From Bdellovibrionales bacterium (GTDB lineage: Bacteria; Patescibacteriota; JACMRA01): a stretch of DNA of 64,000 nucleotides. Below the pieces are notes generated by a model. That model was given only the letters and a program-made list of their open reading frames with translations, was not told the DNA's origin and ran no database searches. Shown piece after piece: positions 45,671 to 55,838 of the stretch. The position numbers and the translations under genes were made by a program. How positions within the stretch are numbered: the stretch's first letter is position 1; each line of letters begins with the position of its first letter. The stretch lies in assembly GCA_044378055.1 (NCBI GenBank), contig JBILXY010000005.1, positions 4,525 through 68,524 of the forward strand. Reading direction: 5' to 3'.

Positions 45671-47455
45671 ATGGGCAACAAGTTTCACCCTAATCTAGGT
45701 TTTAAATTATTACAGAGTTTTGTGGTTGGTTTTTCTGTATGGCTTGTAACCATGCCAATTGCAGTGCAGGCCTTAACTTTTGTGGATTCTACCCAAACTA
45801 ATTTTAACACAGGTACTTATTCTGCCACACAGTGGAATGGAGGGGCAAACAACTTTGTTCGTTTAACTGCTGGTGGTAGGGCTGCTGGAACTGGAACTTA
45901 TACTTCTGGGGTTAAAGATGCTGGATTTAATGCAAGTTGGAATAGTATTGCTTGGGTTCCAACTGGGCCTTACAACAAGGAATTGCCGGCAAACTTAGGG
46001 GTTGAAACTGGTTACATTATCAACAATGTTAGCATGACTGGAAATAATGCTTACTACAGATTCAATCAGGCTGTTAGTTCCACAAGTTTTCCGGATAGTT
46101 CTGGCAATTCCATGACTGGCACATGTGTAGCAACTGAATGCCCTGTATCAGGAGCTGCTGGAAAGTTGAATACTGCCACTACTTTTGATGGAGTGAATGA
46201 TTCGATAACAGTTCCAACAAGTTGGAGTACAAATTTAAACACAACTTCTTCTCTTGCTTTCTGGATTAGAACAACCCAAGTTGGTAATGCAACTTTCTGG
46301 CAGGCCCCAACAGTTACAGGAATTGAACAAAGCGGAGCAGGAAATGATATTTTTTGGGGAAACATCGATAATACTGGCAGAATAGCCTTATATGTGGGAG
46401 ATTCTGGGTTCGTAAAAAGTACCAATCCAATTAATAATAATGTTTGGAGGCATGTTGTAATGACCAGAAATGCCACAACTGGAGATGCTAGAATATATAT
46501 TGATGGGACTTTAAATGCTAATGCAACTTTAGAAACAGGCAATAAAACTACGCCATTTACAGCTATTGGAAGACTTGAAAGCACTGTAGGGCCTGCAGGG
46601 TTTGTATATTTTGCGGGAAGTTTAGATGAAATGGCTTCCTTTAACCGTGTTTTATCGGCTAGCGAAGTAACTAGTATGTACCAAAGAGCGGTTTTAAGGC
46701 TTTTATTCCAAGTAAGATCTTGCCCTAGCGTTGCCTGCACAGGGATAAACTTTGAAGGACCAGATGGAACCACAGGAACTTTTTATAGTGAGCTGGATAG
46801 TCCCGGCGTTGGTTTACCAATTTTCAATTTAAATTCCTTAAACGCACCGCTAAACCGCTATTTTCAGTATTTTATTCGCTTTCAAACAGATAATAGTGCT
46901 ATTACCCCAACTTTGCAAAGTGTAACAGTGGACTATTCACAATATATTCCCAGCATTGCCTTAAGCATAAGGAATAGCGCAGATACTGCTGATACAAATT
47001 CTTGCGATTTAGGAACTGCTAGCACAACTTTGGTTTCCAGCTGTAGCTATAGGGTTAAAGTTACTACTAATGCAGTTTCTGGTTATGTTGTTGCAGTAAG
47101 AACTTCAGGCAACTTAACCTCAGGCTCGGATAGTATTCCTAATGCTGCTGCTGGCACAGGTGGTGGGGGCGGAAATAACATTGTGGCAGGAACAGCTCTT
47201 TACGGTGCACAGGTTTTAGCTGGTTCAATTACAGGTGGGACTATAGGGGTTAACAGTTTGTTTAATGCAGGGGCAACTAACAGTGTTTTGTTCAATTATG
47301 GCAGTAACACCAACATGGTAACAGCCACTGGGCCAAACAACCCTGTAAATTCAAGTCAATCTTCATTAGTAACCCACAATCTTGCAATCGATGGAGGAAC
47401 ACCGGCTGGTTATTATTCACAAAGTATAACCTATAGCGTTACAGCAACTTTCTAG
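45671..47455 (+). CDS. Secreted LamG (concanavalin A-like lectin/glucanase) domain protein
   Basis: Signal/TM helix at the N-terminus. FDGVNDSITVP...SLAFWIR...WRHVVMTRN...ARIYIDGTL...FAGSLDEMASFNRVLSASEV is the LamG_3 pattern. Confidence 0.7.
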   Translation: MGNKFHPNLGFKLLQSFVVGFSVWLVTMPIAVQALTFVDSTQTNFNTGTYSATQWNGGANNFVRLTAGGRAAGTGTYTSGVKDAGFNASWNSIAWVPTGPYNKELPANLGVETGYIINNVSMTGNNAYYRFNQAVSSTSFPDSSGNSMTGTCVATECPVSGAAGKLNTATTFDGVNDSITVPTSWSTNLNTTSSLAFWIRTTQVGNATFWQAPTVTGIEQSGAGNDIFWGNIDNTGRIALYVGDSGFVKSTNPINNNVWRHVVMTRNATTGDARIYIDGTLNANATLETGNKTTPFTAIGRLESTVGPAGFVYFAGSLDEMASFNRVLSASEVTSMYQRAVLRLLFQVRSCPSVACTGINFEGPDGTTGTFYSELDSPGVGLPIFNLNSLNAPLNRYFQYFIRFQTDNSAITPTLQSVTVDYSQYIPSIALSIRNSADTADTNSCDLGTASTTLVSSCSYRVKVTTNAVSGYVVAVRTSGNLTSGSDSIPNAAAGTGGGGGNNIVAGTALYGAQVLAGSITGGTIGVNSLFNAGATNSVLFNYGSNTNMVTATGPNNPVNSSQSSLVTHNLAIDGGTPAGYYSQSITYSVTATF

Positions 47456-47525
47456 GATACGGAAGATTAAAACACATGTTTTAAAATCAATAGTATGAAT
47501 TTAATCAGTAAAGATGGATAGTCAA

Positions 47526-48953
47526 TTATCTATTCCACCCACCAGAATAACTTCCCTCCTTATCTATTCTTTCAAAACCATGCTGCCCAAAGTAATCACG
47601 CTGGGCTTGAATTAAACTTTGCCCTGTTTGATTGTATAGCAAATCTTTCAAATAACCTATTGATGAAGTAATAACTGGTAAATTAAGAGCTAATAATTTA
47701 GATTGTGATATTAATGAAGAAGCCAGTAATTCTTTTAAAACGGAGGTATAGTTCAGCTTGTCGGAAAGAAGCTTAGGTAGATATTCAAGCCATTTACTTC
47801 TAATTATACAACCTCCCTGCCAGACCCTTAACACTTCTTCAATCTTAATTCCCCAACCATAGTTGGTTTCAGCTGCTAATATCAGTTCTAAGCCTTGAAT
47901 ATAGCTGGTCAGGAAAATTAACTGCAATAAATTATTTAATTCAGTAACTTCAAAATCCAGCTCTGCTAAATCATTAGGCATTTTTTCCACAATAAAATTA
48001 TTCAGATCTTTGCTAGTAATTCGGGCATTTAGCGCAGAAAATATATTTGGCACAGAAACTTCAAGCTCTAAGGCTGATTCAATTGACCATTTTCCAGTAC
48101 CTTTTGAATCGGAAACTTGTTTAATTTTGTTGATCAAAAAGTCTGAACTCAAAGAATCTTTAGTTTCTAAAATCTTGTTGGTTATATCTAATAAATACGA
48201 CTGATTATTGCCTGTATTTAACTCTTCAAAAACCTGTTTAATGGATGTTAAATCCAATCCTGTAGTTTTTAATATATCGTAAACTTCGGCTATGCCTTGC
48301 ATTAAAGAGTATTCAATACCATTGTGAACCATTTTCACAAAGTGACCTGCAGGGTTTTCACCGAAATTGGCCACACAGGGGTTTCCTTCAAAGTCTTTAG
48401 CTGCGATGGCTTGTAAAATTGGCATTACAGCATCGCAACTTTCTTTATGGCCTGAAAGCATTATACTTGGGCCATTCAAAGCCCCTTCTGCCCCTCCGCT
48501 TATTCCACAACCAAGAAAATATATAGTTTTTTGATCTAGAACCATTTCCTCGTCGTCGTTTAATTCATCTTCAAAATCAATGCAGTCTTCCAAAATAATT
48601 TCCCTGGTTATTGTATCTTGCCAGTTAGAATTTCCTGCATCAATAACAATATCTAGGCTGGATAACAATGGTTTTAACTCGACTAAAATTTCATCAACAG
48701 GATCGCCACTTTTCACCAAAAGAATAACTTTTCTTGGTAGTTCCAAACTTTCCACAAAATCTTTTAAATTTTCATAGCCAACTATATTGTTTCTGGTTTC
48801 TGCAGAATCTAGTTTAGAACTTAGGTCTAAAAGGTCAGTAGTTTTTTTGTAAGTGCGATTATATACTGAAATTTTATAACCTTTGTTGGCTATATTCCTT
48901 GATAAATTACCACCCATTGTTGAAAGCCCAATTAAGCCAATATTATTTAACAT
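47526..48953 (-). CDS. gnd: 6-phosphogluconate dehydrogenase (decarboxylating)
   Basis: IGLIGLSTMGGNLSRNIANKGYKISVYNRT (Rossmann fold), GCGISGGAEGALNGPSIM, HFVKMVHNGIEY, GTGKW and RDYFG.H. Confidence 0.9.
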   Translation of the reverse strand: MLNNIGLIGLSTMGGNLSRNIANKGYKISVYNRTYKKTTDLLDLSSKLDSAETRNNIVGYENLKDFVESLELPRKVILLVKSGDPVDEILVELKPLLSSLDIVIDAGNSNWQDTITREIILEDCIDFEDELNDDEEMVLDQKTIYFLGCGISGGAEGALNGPSIMLSGHKESCDAVMPILQAIAAKDFEGNPCVANFGENPAGHFVKMVHNGIEYSLMQGIAEVYDILKTTGLDLTSIKQVFEELNTGNNQSYLLDITNKILETKDSLSSDFLINKIKQVSDSKGTGKWSIESALELEVSVPNIFSALNARITSKDLNNFIVEKMPNDLAELDFEVTELNNLLQLIFLTSYIQGLELILAAETNYGWGIKIEEVLRVWQGGCIIRSKWLEYLPKLLSDKLNYTSVLKELLASSLISQSKLLALNLPVITSSIGYLKDLLYNQTGQSLIQAQRDYFGQHGFERIDKEGSYSGGWNR

Positions 48954-49045
48954 AGAAAGTGTTTTATAGCATTTAAGTGAAGAAGTCTAACTTTGTTGTC
49001 AATAAATAAGGCAAAAAAAACTGGTCTTTAGTAGCCAGTAAATTT

Positions 49046-49450
49046 CTATGATTTTAGTAAATCATTAATAATAATTTTTATATCTCCGTCTTGGAAATAA
49101 TATATTCCATCTTGCAGGCCTGTTTTTTCAGTAAGACCAGAAAGATTAACTAAATTATGAATTGCAGCTTCTGCGATATTATATACCGCAATTTTGCTTA
49201 TAGAAAATGCTTTACTATTATGAAACTCTTCTGCCAGTAGAGTACCTTTAGGCTTGGTTGAATAGCTTAATTCGTCATCTAAAATACAACAATCAACTAG
49301 TATTAGAAATGGAACTAAAAAATTATTGTCAGCCTCTCTTGCAATTCTTATATAATCTCGACCCTGTGCGAGTGAATGCAGTTGATAGCAAACGATATCA
49401 TGTGCTAATTCCAAGTTTCCAACAGATGAAACTATAGCAATCTTAATCAT
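49046..49450 (-). CDS. Hypothetical protein (134 aa)
   Basis: ORF only. Confidence 0.4.
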   Translation of the reverse strand: MIKIAIVSSVGNLELAHDIVCYQLHSLAQGRDYIRIAREADNNFLVPFLILVDCCILDDELSYSTKPKGTLLAEEFHNSKAFSISKIAVYNIAEAAIHNLVNLSGLTEKTGLQDGIYYFQDGDIKIIINDLLKS

Positions 49451-49543
49451 TATTAAATCCTATAAGAAATATATTCACTTATTCTTATATTTTAAGAATG
49501 GTCAATTGAAATCTCAATACTACTCCAATTTTACCTTAATGTT

Positions 49544-49954
49544 TTAATTTAGTTCTACATGTTTTTTAAAGTTTTCTAAAATTGCTTGCCAGCCTTCGCG
49601 CTGCATTTCTTCTGGGTTTTCAGTTTCTGGGTCAAAAGATATTGTTACAATTGTTTGACCTTCTGTTTCTTCAAAAGAAATTGAGGCTGTTCTGTCGCCA
49701 AATTCGTATTCTAGTAATTTATATTCTTCCACTTTGGTATAAACTCCTTCAAAATCAAAACTGGCTGAACCATCTTTCGCAGACATTGTAGAAGAAAATT
49801 TTCCACCAACTTTTAAATCTACGCTGGCTTTAGGGCATTCCCAGTCTGGTGAAGCAAAGTTCCATTTAACAATATGCTCTGGTTGTGTGTAGCATTCCCA
49901 AACCTTTTGAATAGGGGCAGAAATGGTTGTTTGAACAGTAATTTTAGAGGACAT
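49544..49954 (-). CDS. SRPBCC / AHSA1-like domain protein
   Basis: ISAPIQKVWECYTQPEHIVKWNF...GGKFSSTM...FEGVYTKVEEYKLLEY matches the Aha1-like SRPBCC pattern. Confidence 0.8.
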   Translation of the reverse strand: MSSKITVQTTISAPIQKVWECYTQPEHIVKWNFASPDWECPKASVDLKVGGKFSSTMSAKDGSASFDFEGVYTKVEEYKLLEYEFGDRTASISFEETEGQTIVTISFDPETENPEEMQREGWQAILENFKKHVELN

Positions 49955-49971
49955 GATTTAATTTTTAAATA

Positions 49972-50526
49972 TTATTCTTTTTCCGCAAGGTCTTTTCTGT
50001 AAAAAGATTTTTCCAACCAAGCGTCTGCTATGCCTAAACCTAAAAAGATAAGCCCTGTTACTATTAATTCAAATGGAATTTTGCTAAATTCAATAATTGC
50101 CGCAAACAAAATGTAAAGAATTGCAAGAATATAGTAAGAAAAATTGTTTCTATAAAACCACGCTGTAAAAAGCATTCCAACAGCACATAAGGCCAGCCAG
50201 AATGAAGTTGCTTTATATTCTAATAAAATGTAACCGTAAAGTTTAAAATAAGTTAGAACCCAGCCGCCAATTCCAATTAATATCCAAGTAATTTGGCTGC
50301 CCACTGAGGATAGATTATTGTACCACATCCACTTTACCTGAAAAAATAAAGCTAAAGCTGTTAAAATAAGCCAGCCAAACAGCGATAGTCTTAAATCGCC
50401 CAAGATTGGATTAATTTCAGACATAAAAGGCAAAATCTGGGAAAGAATAAACCCTATAAAAATTACTACACCCCACAAAAGTACTGTTTTTTGATATTTA
50501 CTTAGTGACATAATTTTAATTAACAA
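49972..50526 (-). CDS. Hypothetical membrane protein (5-6 TM)
   Basis: ORF with hydrophobic segments. Adjacent to, or overlapping, the cytochrome b5-like gene. Confidence 0.45.
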   Translation of the reverse strand: MLIKIMSLSKYQKTVLLWGVVIFIGFILSQILPFMSEINPILGDLRLSLFGWLILTALALFFQVKWMWYNNLSSVGSQITWILIGIGGWVLTYFKLYGYILLEYKATSFWLALCAVGMLFTAWFYRNNFSYYILAILYILFAAIIEFSKIPFELIVTGLIFLGLGIADAWLEKSFYRKDLAEKE

Positions 50527-50965
50527 AATCCCCGACTACTGGTACAATGTTTAGTTTCCCTTTTCCATGAGGAGAGTTATTTATAACACCACTTAAATCT
50601 TTGCCACAGCTAGCTTGGCCGCCCGATGGGGAATGCACACCATTTCGCCACAAACTAAAATTACTTAAATCGTACACTATTCCGTCTATTACAGCGTAAC
50701 ATTTATTGCCGCTTAAACCGTTGAATTTAGATAATTCAGAATTACTAATATTTATTTTGCTAGTCTGATCTGTATTGGTTTTGCTATCGGTGGTTTTAGA
50801 TAATTGATTTGAGGTATTATTGCTAATTTGGTTGTTAACCTGGGCATTTTTTTGCGAATCAAAGGTAAAAACCAATATTCCGGCTAAAACACATAAACCC
50901 ACAACATATATTGCGATAATCAAATTTTTGTTAAGCATAATAAAGTGGTATTTTAATAAAAACAA
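50516..50965 (-). CDS. Membrane-anchored cytochrome b5-like heme/steroid-binding domain protein
   Basis: N-terminal TM helix, then ELSKFNGLSGNKCYAVIDGIVYDLS...W.NG.H...GKDLSGVINNSPHG. Confidence 0.6.
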   Translation of the reverse strand: MFLLKYHFIMLNKNLIIAIYVVGLCVLAGILVFTFDSQKNAQVNNQISNNTSNQLSKTTDSKTNTDQTSKINISNSELSKFNGLSGNKCYAVIDGIVYDLSNFSLWRNGVHSPSGGQASCGKDLSGVINNSPHGKGKLNIVPVVGDFVN

Positions 50966-51065
50966 TTTATTTTATGGTCAAAATTTTTCACCTTTTAGGC
51001 TGAGGATATTATTTAAGAACAGTTTTTTATTTGCATAGAAAAGAATTGCGATATAGGGTTAATTT

Positions 51066-52910
51066 ATGTCATCCCAGCTTCTAAACAAACTTAAAGAATA
51101 TTTTGGTTATGATACTTTAAGGCCTGCCCAAATTCCTGTTATAGAATCTATTTTAGAAGGGAAGGATACTGTAGCAATTATGCCAACTGGTGGTGGTAAA
51201 AGCCTGTGTTATCAATTGCCTGCTGTTTATTTGGAAGGTATGGTAATTGTGGTTTCTCCGCTTATTGCCTTAATGCACGATCAAGTTCAATCTTTGAAAA
51301 AAAATGGAATTGAAGCAGGTATTTTAAATAGTTCTATTTCAGAAAGAGAGCAACAAGAAGTGATTGATAATGCTGAAAACGGCACTCTAAAACTGCTTTA
51401 TGTTTCACCTGAAAGATTAATGGCTAGGGAAAATGCTTTTTTAACCTGGATTGAAAAATTGAATGTTTCGCTAATTGCTATTGATGAAGCCCACTGTGTT
51501 TCCCAATGGGGACACGATTTTCGCCCAGAATATTCAAGGCTTTCGGTGATAAAAGACACTTTTCCCAATATTCCAATAATTGCCCTAACCGCCACTGCCG
51601 ATGAAATTACCAGAAAAGATATTATTGATCAATTGAAATTGAATAACCCAAATGTTTTTATCAGTTCTTTTGACAGGCCAAACATTACCTATACTGTTGT
51701 TCCCAAAGCTGATGATAAAAAAGCCTATAAAAAATTATTTAGTTTTATAAATTCGTTCAAAGGTGAATCTGGGATTGTGTATTGTTTAAGCCGAAATTCA
51801 ACCGAGGAAGTAGCTCAAAGTTTGGTTAATGCTGGAATATCTGCCGCGGCTTTTCACGCTGGTTTAAGTAATGAACAAAAAGATGAAACATACAATTTGT
51901 TTATGCAGGATCAGATTCAAGTTGTTTGTGCCACGATTGCTTTTGGAATGGGTGTAGATAAGCCAGATGTACGCTTTGTAGCCCATTGGAATATGCCTAA
52001 ATCTATAGAGGGTTATTATCAGGAAACAGGAAGGGCTGGAAGAGATGGGCTTCCTTCTGAAGCATTGTTATTATATGCCCCAGGTGATGCTGGAACTTAC
52101 CGAAGATTTATTGATATTTCAAGGCCAACCCCAGGTAATATTGATTCTTTCCAAACATTTAAAAAACTACAACACGATAAATTAGACAGATTAGTTGAAT
52201 TTTGCAGCACAGGGCATTGTAGAAGAAGAATTTTACTTCAGTATTTTGATGAAAGGCTGGAAATGGATTGTGGAAACTGCGATGGCTGCTTAAACCCAGT
52301 GGAAAAAATTGAAGGAACCGAAATTTCCCAAAAAATTATGTCTGCTATTTACAGAACCGATCAAAAGTTTGGAATTGGCTATATTGTTGACTTTTTACGG
52401 GGAATTTCTAACGAAAGAATGGAAAGTTACGGCCACACAAAATTACCCACTTTTGCCATTTTAAAAGATTCGCCAAGGGAAGAATTAATGTTTTATACTA
52501 ACCAGTTAATTAGCCTTGGTTATTTACAAGTAAATTATGATGGGTTCATTAAAACTTTATCACTAAACGATATTTCTATGAAAATTGTGCAAGGCAATAT
52601 TGTGGTGGAATTAACCCCATATCAAGAGGAAATTAAAGAACCAAGCAAAAGTAAATCAACTAAAAAAGCCACTTCTAAATTATCTGTTAAAGATACAGAA
52701 TTTTTTGAGATTCTAAGAAAAACGCGACAGGAAATTGCCAAACAAGACGAAGTTCCAGCCTTTGTAATTTTTGGAAACGCAAGTTTGCTGGATATGGTGA
52801 ACAAAAAACCAAAAACCAAACAAGAATTCAGCCAAATAAGTGGAGTGGGTGCCACTAAACTAGAAAAATACTGGCCGCTGTTTAAGGATGTTTTGGTAAA
52901 AGGGGTGTAA
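51066..52910 (+). CDS. recQ: ATP-dependent DNA helicase RecQ
   Basis: FGYDTLRPAQ, MPTGGGKSLCYQLPA, DEAHCVSQWGHDFRPEY, TATA, VATIAFGMGVDKPDVRFV, QETGRAGRDG, a Zn-binding Cys cluster and a C-terminal HRDC domain. Confidence 0.95.
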   Translation: MSSQLLNKLKEYFGYDTLRPAQIPVIESILEGKDTVAIMPTGGGKSLCYQLPAVYLEGMVIVVSPLIALMHDQVQSLKKNGIEAGILNSSISEREQQEVIDNAENGTLKLLYVSPERLMARENAFLTWIEKLNVSLIAIDEAHCVSQWGHDFRPEYSRLSVIKDTFPNIPIIALTATADEITRKDIIDQLKLNNPNVFISSFDRPNITYTVVPKADDKKAYKKLFSFINSFKGESGIVYCLSRNSTEEVAQSLVNAGISAAAFHAGLSNEQKDETYNLFMQDQIQVVCATIAFGMGVDKPDVRFVAHWNMPKSIEGYYQETGRAGRDGLPSEALLLYAPGDAGTYRRFIDISRPTPGNIDSFQTFKKLQHDKLDRLVEFCSTGHCRRRILLQYFDERLEMDCGNCDGCLNPVEKIEGTEISQKIMSAIYRTDQKFGIGYIVDFLRGISNERMESYGHTKLPTFAILKDSPREELMFYTNQLISLGYLQVNYDGFIKTLSLNDISMKIVQGNIVVELTPYQEEIKEPSKSKSTKKATSKLSVKDTEFFEILRKTRQEIAKQDEVPAFVIFGNASLLDMVNKKPKTKQEFSQISGVGATKLEKYWPLFKDVLVKGV

Positions 52911-52948
52911 TGGTTTGGTGATGTGGTAGCAAATCACATAGCAAAAAT

Positions 52949-52972
52949 GGAGACCGGGGGTCTCCGCTACGG
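52949..52972 (+). repeat. Family 2 hairpin plus CTACGG unit
   Basis: GGAGACC-GGG-GGTCTCC-GCTACGG, between the convergent recQ and the 53008-53247 ORF. Confidence 0.8.
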
Positions 52973-53007
52973 TTGCTCGAGGATTTTCATTCTGAACTTA
53001 GCAACAC

Positions 53008-53247
53008 CTACCTTCCCCTAGGTGATCTTTGTTGAATTTTAGGCCTTGGGTTGTTCATTCTTTGGGCCATTAATTTTTGAGGGGCAGGGGTAATTTTAGC
53101 CGGTGTAGGAACTTTTTGGATTACTGCAGTATTAACCTCGGTTTGATTTGCTGGTTCAGAAGATTTAGGTTCAATGGTTTTTTGTGTTTTTTGGGTCATA
53201 CAATTATTTCTGTTAAATAGGTTGATTGTGGCATTATTGTCAATCAT
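53008..53247 (-). CDS. Doubtful ORF: basic, Pro/Gln-rich (79 aa)
   Basis: ORF only, low complexity. Confidence 0.2.
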   Translation of the reverse strand: MIDNNATINLFNRNNCMTQKTQKTIEPKSSEPANQTEVNTAVIQKVPTPAKITPAPQKLMAQRMNNPRPKIQQRSPRGR

Positions 53248-53304
53248 TCACATATATTAATCAAGCCAATAAAAAAGGCCATTTTGGCCTGGTTGTTGTA
53301 TTTG

Positions 53305-53727
53305 TTATTTCTGAATGCGACGAATTTCCATATCTCCAATAAATTGATCGAGATCAGTACTTCTAAAAAAATTTACACCATTTATAAACCCTGACACTTC
53401 ATGATAATGACTAAAAGCCATGTACTCTAATATTACTTTTGAATCTGTATTAAAAACTCCAAAAATACTACCAATCATATCATTATAGTATGTAATTGCC
53501 AAAAGAATGCCATGAATTGAAGGTTCGTTAAACCACTTTGATTTAGAAATACAGGCCTCAACTAAAATATAGTTTGGAAGCTGTAGATTGTAATTATCAA
53601 AATTTTTAATATATTCAACAGTTTCTTCAAAATTCTTAAGGAAGAATAATTTATGGCCAGAAAGCTGTTCTTTAGCTTTTATTATTATCTCTTTGTCAGA
53701 TGTAACAATCCAAATTAAAAACCTCAT
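53305..53727 (-). CDS. Hypothetical protein (140 aa), possibly a degenerate receiver-like fold
   Basis: MRFLIWIVTSDKEIIIKAKEQL...NYILVEACIS resembles the N-terminal layout of the 3744-4106 product. Confidence 0.4.
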   Translation of the reverse strand: MRFLIWIVTSDKEIIIKAKEQLSGHKLFFLKNFEETVEYIKNFDNYNLQLPNYILVEACISKSKWFNEPSIHGILLAITYYNDMIGSIFGVFNTDSKVILEYMAFSHYHEVSGFINGVNFFRSTDLDQFIGDMEIRRIQK

Positions 53728-53867
53728 TGTTTTTTCCTGAACAACTAAATTAGTATTATAATCTTGTTTAAATTAAGTCAAACAATTTTGTAGAAGGCTA
53801 AATTTAAAATATATATTCAACCAATTAAGCCCTATTAAATGGTATTTTATTTGTTAAAACATGTGTT

Positions 53868-54833
53868 TTAAATTTTAATCACCACATTTCCTTTCTTGTG
53901 GCCTTCATCCACATAAGCGTGGGCTTTGTCCATTTCAGCCAGTGTGTAGGTTTTATCTATTACCGGTTTTAGATCTTTACTTTCACAGATTTCAGCGATA
54001 AATTCCATATCTTTAGAATTAACAGAAGCAACACCAGCCACCAAATTTAAGCTCAGCTTTTTGGCATCCAAGGTTCCTTGAATCATTCCTTTGATTATAA
54101 CTGCACCTAATGCCAATACTCCGCCTTTTTTAACCAGCTTTGCCATTTTCCCAACATCGCTTTTATCTACGGTTTCGTAAACAATATCAAACTGCCCTTC
54201 CATCTCAAAAAGTTTTTGTAGCGATTCTTTGTTTGTATAATCTACCACGAAATCTGCCCCAAGATCTTCTACTAAAGCTAAATTAGATGTACTTGTAACC
54301 GCGGTTACTTCAGCCCCATAATATTTAGCAATTTGTACGGCAATGCTTCCAACAGCTCCAGAAGCCCCATAAATTAAAACTTTATCTCCTTTTTTGATGC
54401 CAGATTTTTTCAAAAAGTGTAGGGCGGTATGACCACCAAAAACAATAGCCGCCGATTCCTCGAAAGAAAGATTTTTAGGTTTTATAGCTAACGGAGTTGT
54501 GTCTGGAACAGCAATATATTCAGCATAAGTTCCCATAGTCATATCGTTTAAACCAAAAACCTCGTCGCCGGGTTTAAAATTAGTTACATCTTTACCTACA
54601 CTTTCAACTATACCAGAGATTACATTACCTAGTATCTTAATTTTTGGAGTAAACAAGCCGAACATTAAACGCACCAAAAAAGGATCAGCCCTTCTAAGGC
54701 GCGCATCGCCAGAATTTACTGTGGTAGCAATCATTTGAATTAAAATTTGATTATCTGCAGGAGTTGGTTTTTCTATGTCAGATAATTTTAAAACTTCAGG
54801 CGAGCCGTATTGGGTGTAAGTTATTGCTTTCAT
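53868..54833 (-). CDS. NADPH:quinone oxidoreductase / MDR-family zinc-type alcohol dehydrogenase-like protein
   Basis: GDEVFG..., VLIYGASGAVGSIAVQIAKYYGAEV (Rossmann fold) and a C-terminal GHKKGNVVIK. Confidence 0.85.
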   Translation of the reverse strand: MKAITYTQYGSPEVLKLSDIEKPTPADNQILIQMIATTVNSGDARLRRADPFLVRLMFGLFTPKIKILGNVISGIVESVGKDVTNFKPGDEVFGLNDMTMGTYAEYIAVPDTTPLAIKPKNLSFEESAAIVFGGHTALHFLKKSGIKKGDKVLIYGASGAVGSIAVQIAKYYGAEVTAVTSTSNLALVEDLGADFVVDYTNKESLQKLFEMEGQFDIVYETVDKSDVGKMAKLVKKGGVLALGAVIIKGMIQGTLDAKKLSLNLVAGVASVNSKDMEFIAEICESKDLKPVIDKTYTLAEMDKAHAYVDEGHKKGNVVIKI

Positions 54834-54958
54834 GGTTTAAGTTTGTTGTTGGGTTTGGGGGATTTGTCAAAAGCGGAGCGCCAATGTATTTATTTAGAAT
54901 AATATTAATAATTATTTGCATTAAAACCAACTTTTGAATACTTTGTATTTACCTTAAT

Positions 54959-55696
54959 ATGGCCGACCAAAACCAATTATATCTTCCAATTTATACTTTA
55001 AAACCTTTTGCAGAAAACATTTTTATTGTAGATGGCGAAACAGTAAACTTTTACGGAATGCCGTTCACCACCAGAATGACAGTAATAAAGTTAGAGAATG
55101 GCGATTTATTTATTCACTCGCCAATTCAGGTTAAACAGAATTTAAAAGCCGAATTAGATAAGCTTGGTAAAGTAAAATACCTGATTGCCCCTAATAAAAT
55201 TCACTATTGGTATTTAGATCAGTTTCAAACAGCTTATCCAGAAGCTATTACCCTAACAGCAAAGGGTGTTCAAGAAAGAGCAAAGGAAAATGGCAAAGAA
55301 TTTAAGGTAGATTATGTTATCGAGGGTGCTAAAAATGAATTTTGGAGCAACGAAATTGATCATGTAGTAATGCAAGGAAATAGGTTTATGGAGGAAGTTG
55401 AATTTTACCACAAACCAAGTAAAACTTTAATTCTAACCGATATTTACGAAAATTTTGAACCAGAAAAAATAAGCTGGCCGTTTAGGGTTTTAGCCTGGCT
55501 AGGCGGTGCTTTAAGCCCATGGGGAGGAACAACCAGGGATCAGCAAATGTTGTATTTTGGACGAAAATCAGAACTGAAAAATTCTTTGAAAAAACTAATG
55601 TCATGGGATGTGGAAAAAATTATTCTAGCCCACGGGAAATGTATTACAGAAAACGCCAAAGAAGAGTTGAAAAGGGTTTTTAAGTGGGTGAAATAG
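54959..55696 (+). CDS. DUF4336 domain protein
   Basis: MPFTTRMTVIKLENGDLFIHSPI...IAPNKIHYWYL...YPEA follows the DUF4336 pattern as recalled. Confidence 0.6.
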   Translation: MADQNQLYLPIYTLKPFAENIFIVDGETVNFYGMPFTTRMTVIKLENGDLFIHSPIQVKQNLKAELDKLGKVKYLIAPNKIHYWYLDQFQTAYPEAITLTAKGVQERAKENGKEFKVDYVIEGAKNEFWSNEIDHVVMQGNRFMEEVEFYHKPSKTLILTDIYENFEPEKISWPFRVLAWLGGALSPWGGTTRDQQMLYFGRKSELKNSLKKLMSWDVEKIILAHGKCITENAKEELKRVFKWVK

Positions 55697-55701
55697 AGCT
55701 G

Positions 55702-55748
55702 AGGGAAGTACCCCTGGTAAGGGGTCAGGGCGAAGCCCTGGGGGTAGT
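55702..55748 (+). repeat. GC-rich multi-hairpin element, family 1, copy E (short)
   Basis: GAGGGAA, GTACCCCTGGTAAGGGGT (55708-55725), then CAGGGC-GAA-GCCCTG, GGGGTAG. The second stem carries a compensated A>G / T>C pair relative to copies B and D. Confidence 0.9.
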
Positions 55749-55820
55749 TTTGGGTCAATTGGAAAAATACAAATTACTAAATTAATGTTAATTTTAGGAC
55801 TGGGAAGTAAAAATTACAAC

Positions 55821-55834
55821 CCCCTCAGGAGGGG
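55821..55834. repeat. CCCCT-N4-AGGGG hairpin followed by AATTT
   Basis: CCCCTCAGGAGGGG-AATTTT, 5 nt beyond the stop of the frameshifted minus-strand gene. Confidence 0.8.
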
Positions 55835-55838
55835 AATT

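Noticed and set aside
46066-46773. 235-aa ORF antisense to the LamG protein gene. Similar antisense ORFs occur at 24116-24541, 38107-38520, 16838-17191, 32357-32659, 59798-60106 and 22071-22406.
   Set aside because: Each is fully embedded opposite a longer ORF with recognisable domains or coherent TM/secretion features. They are shadow ORFs typical of biased composition.
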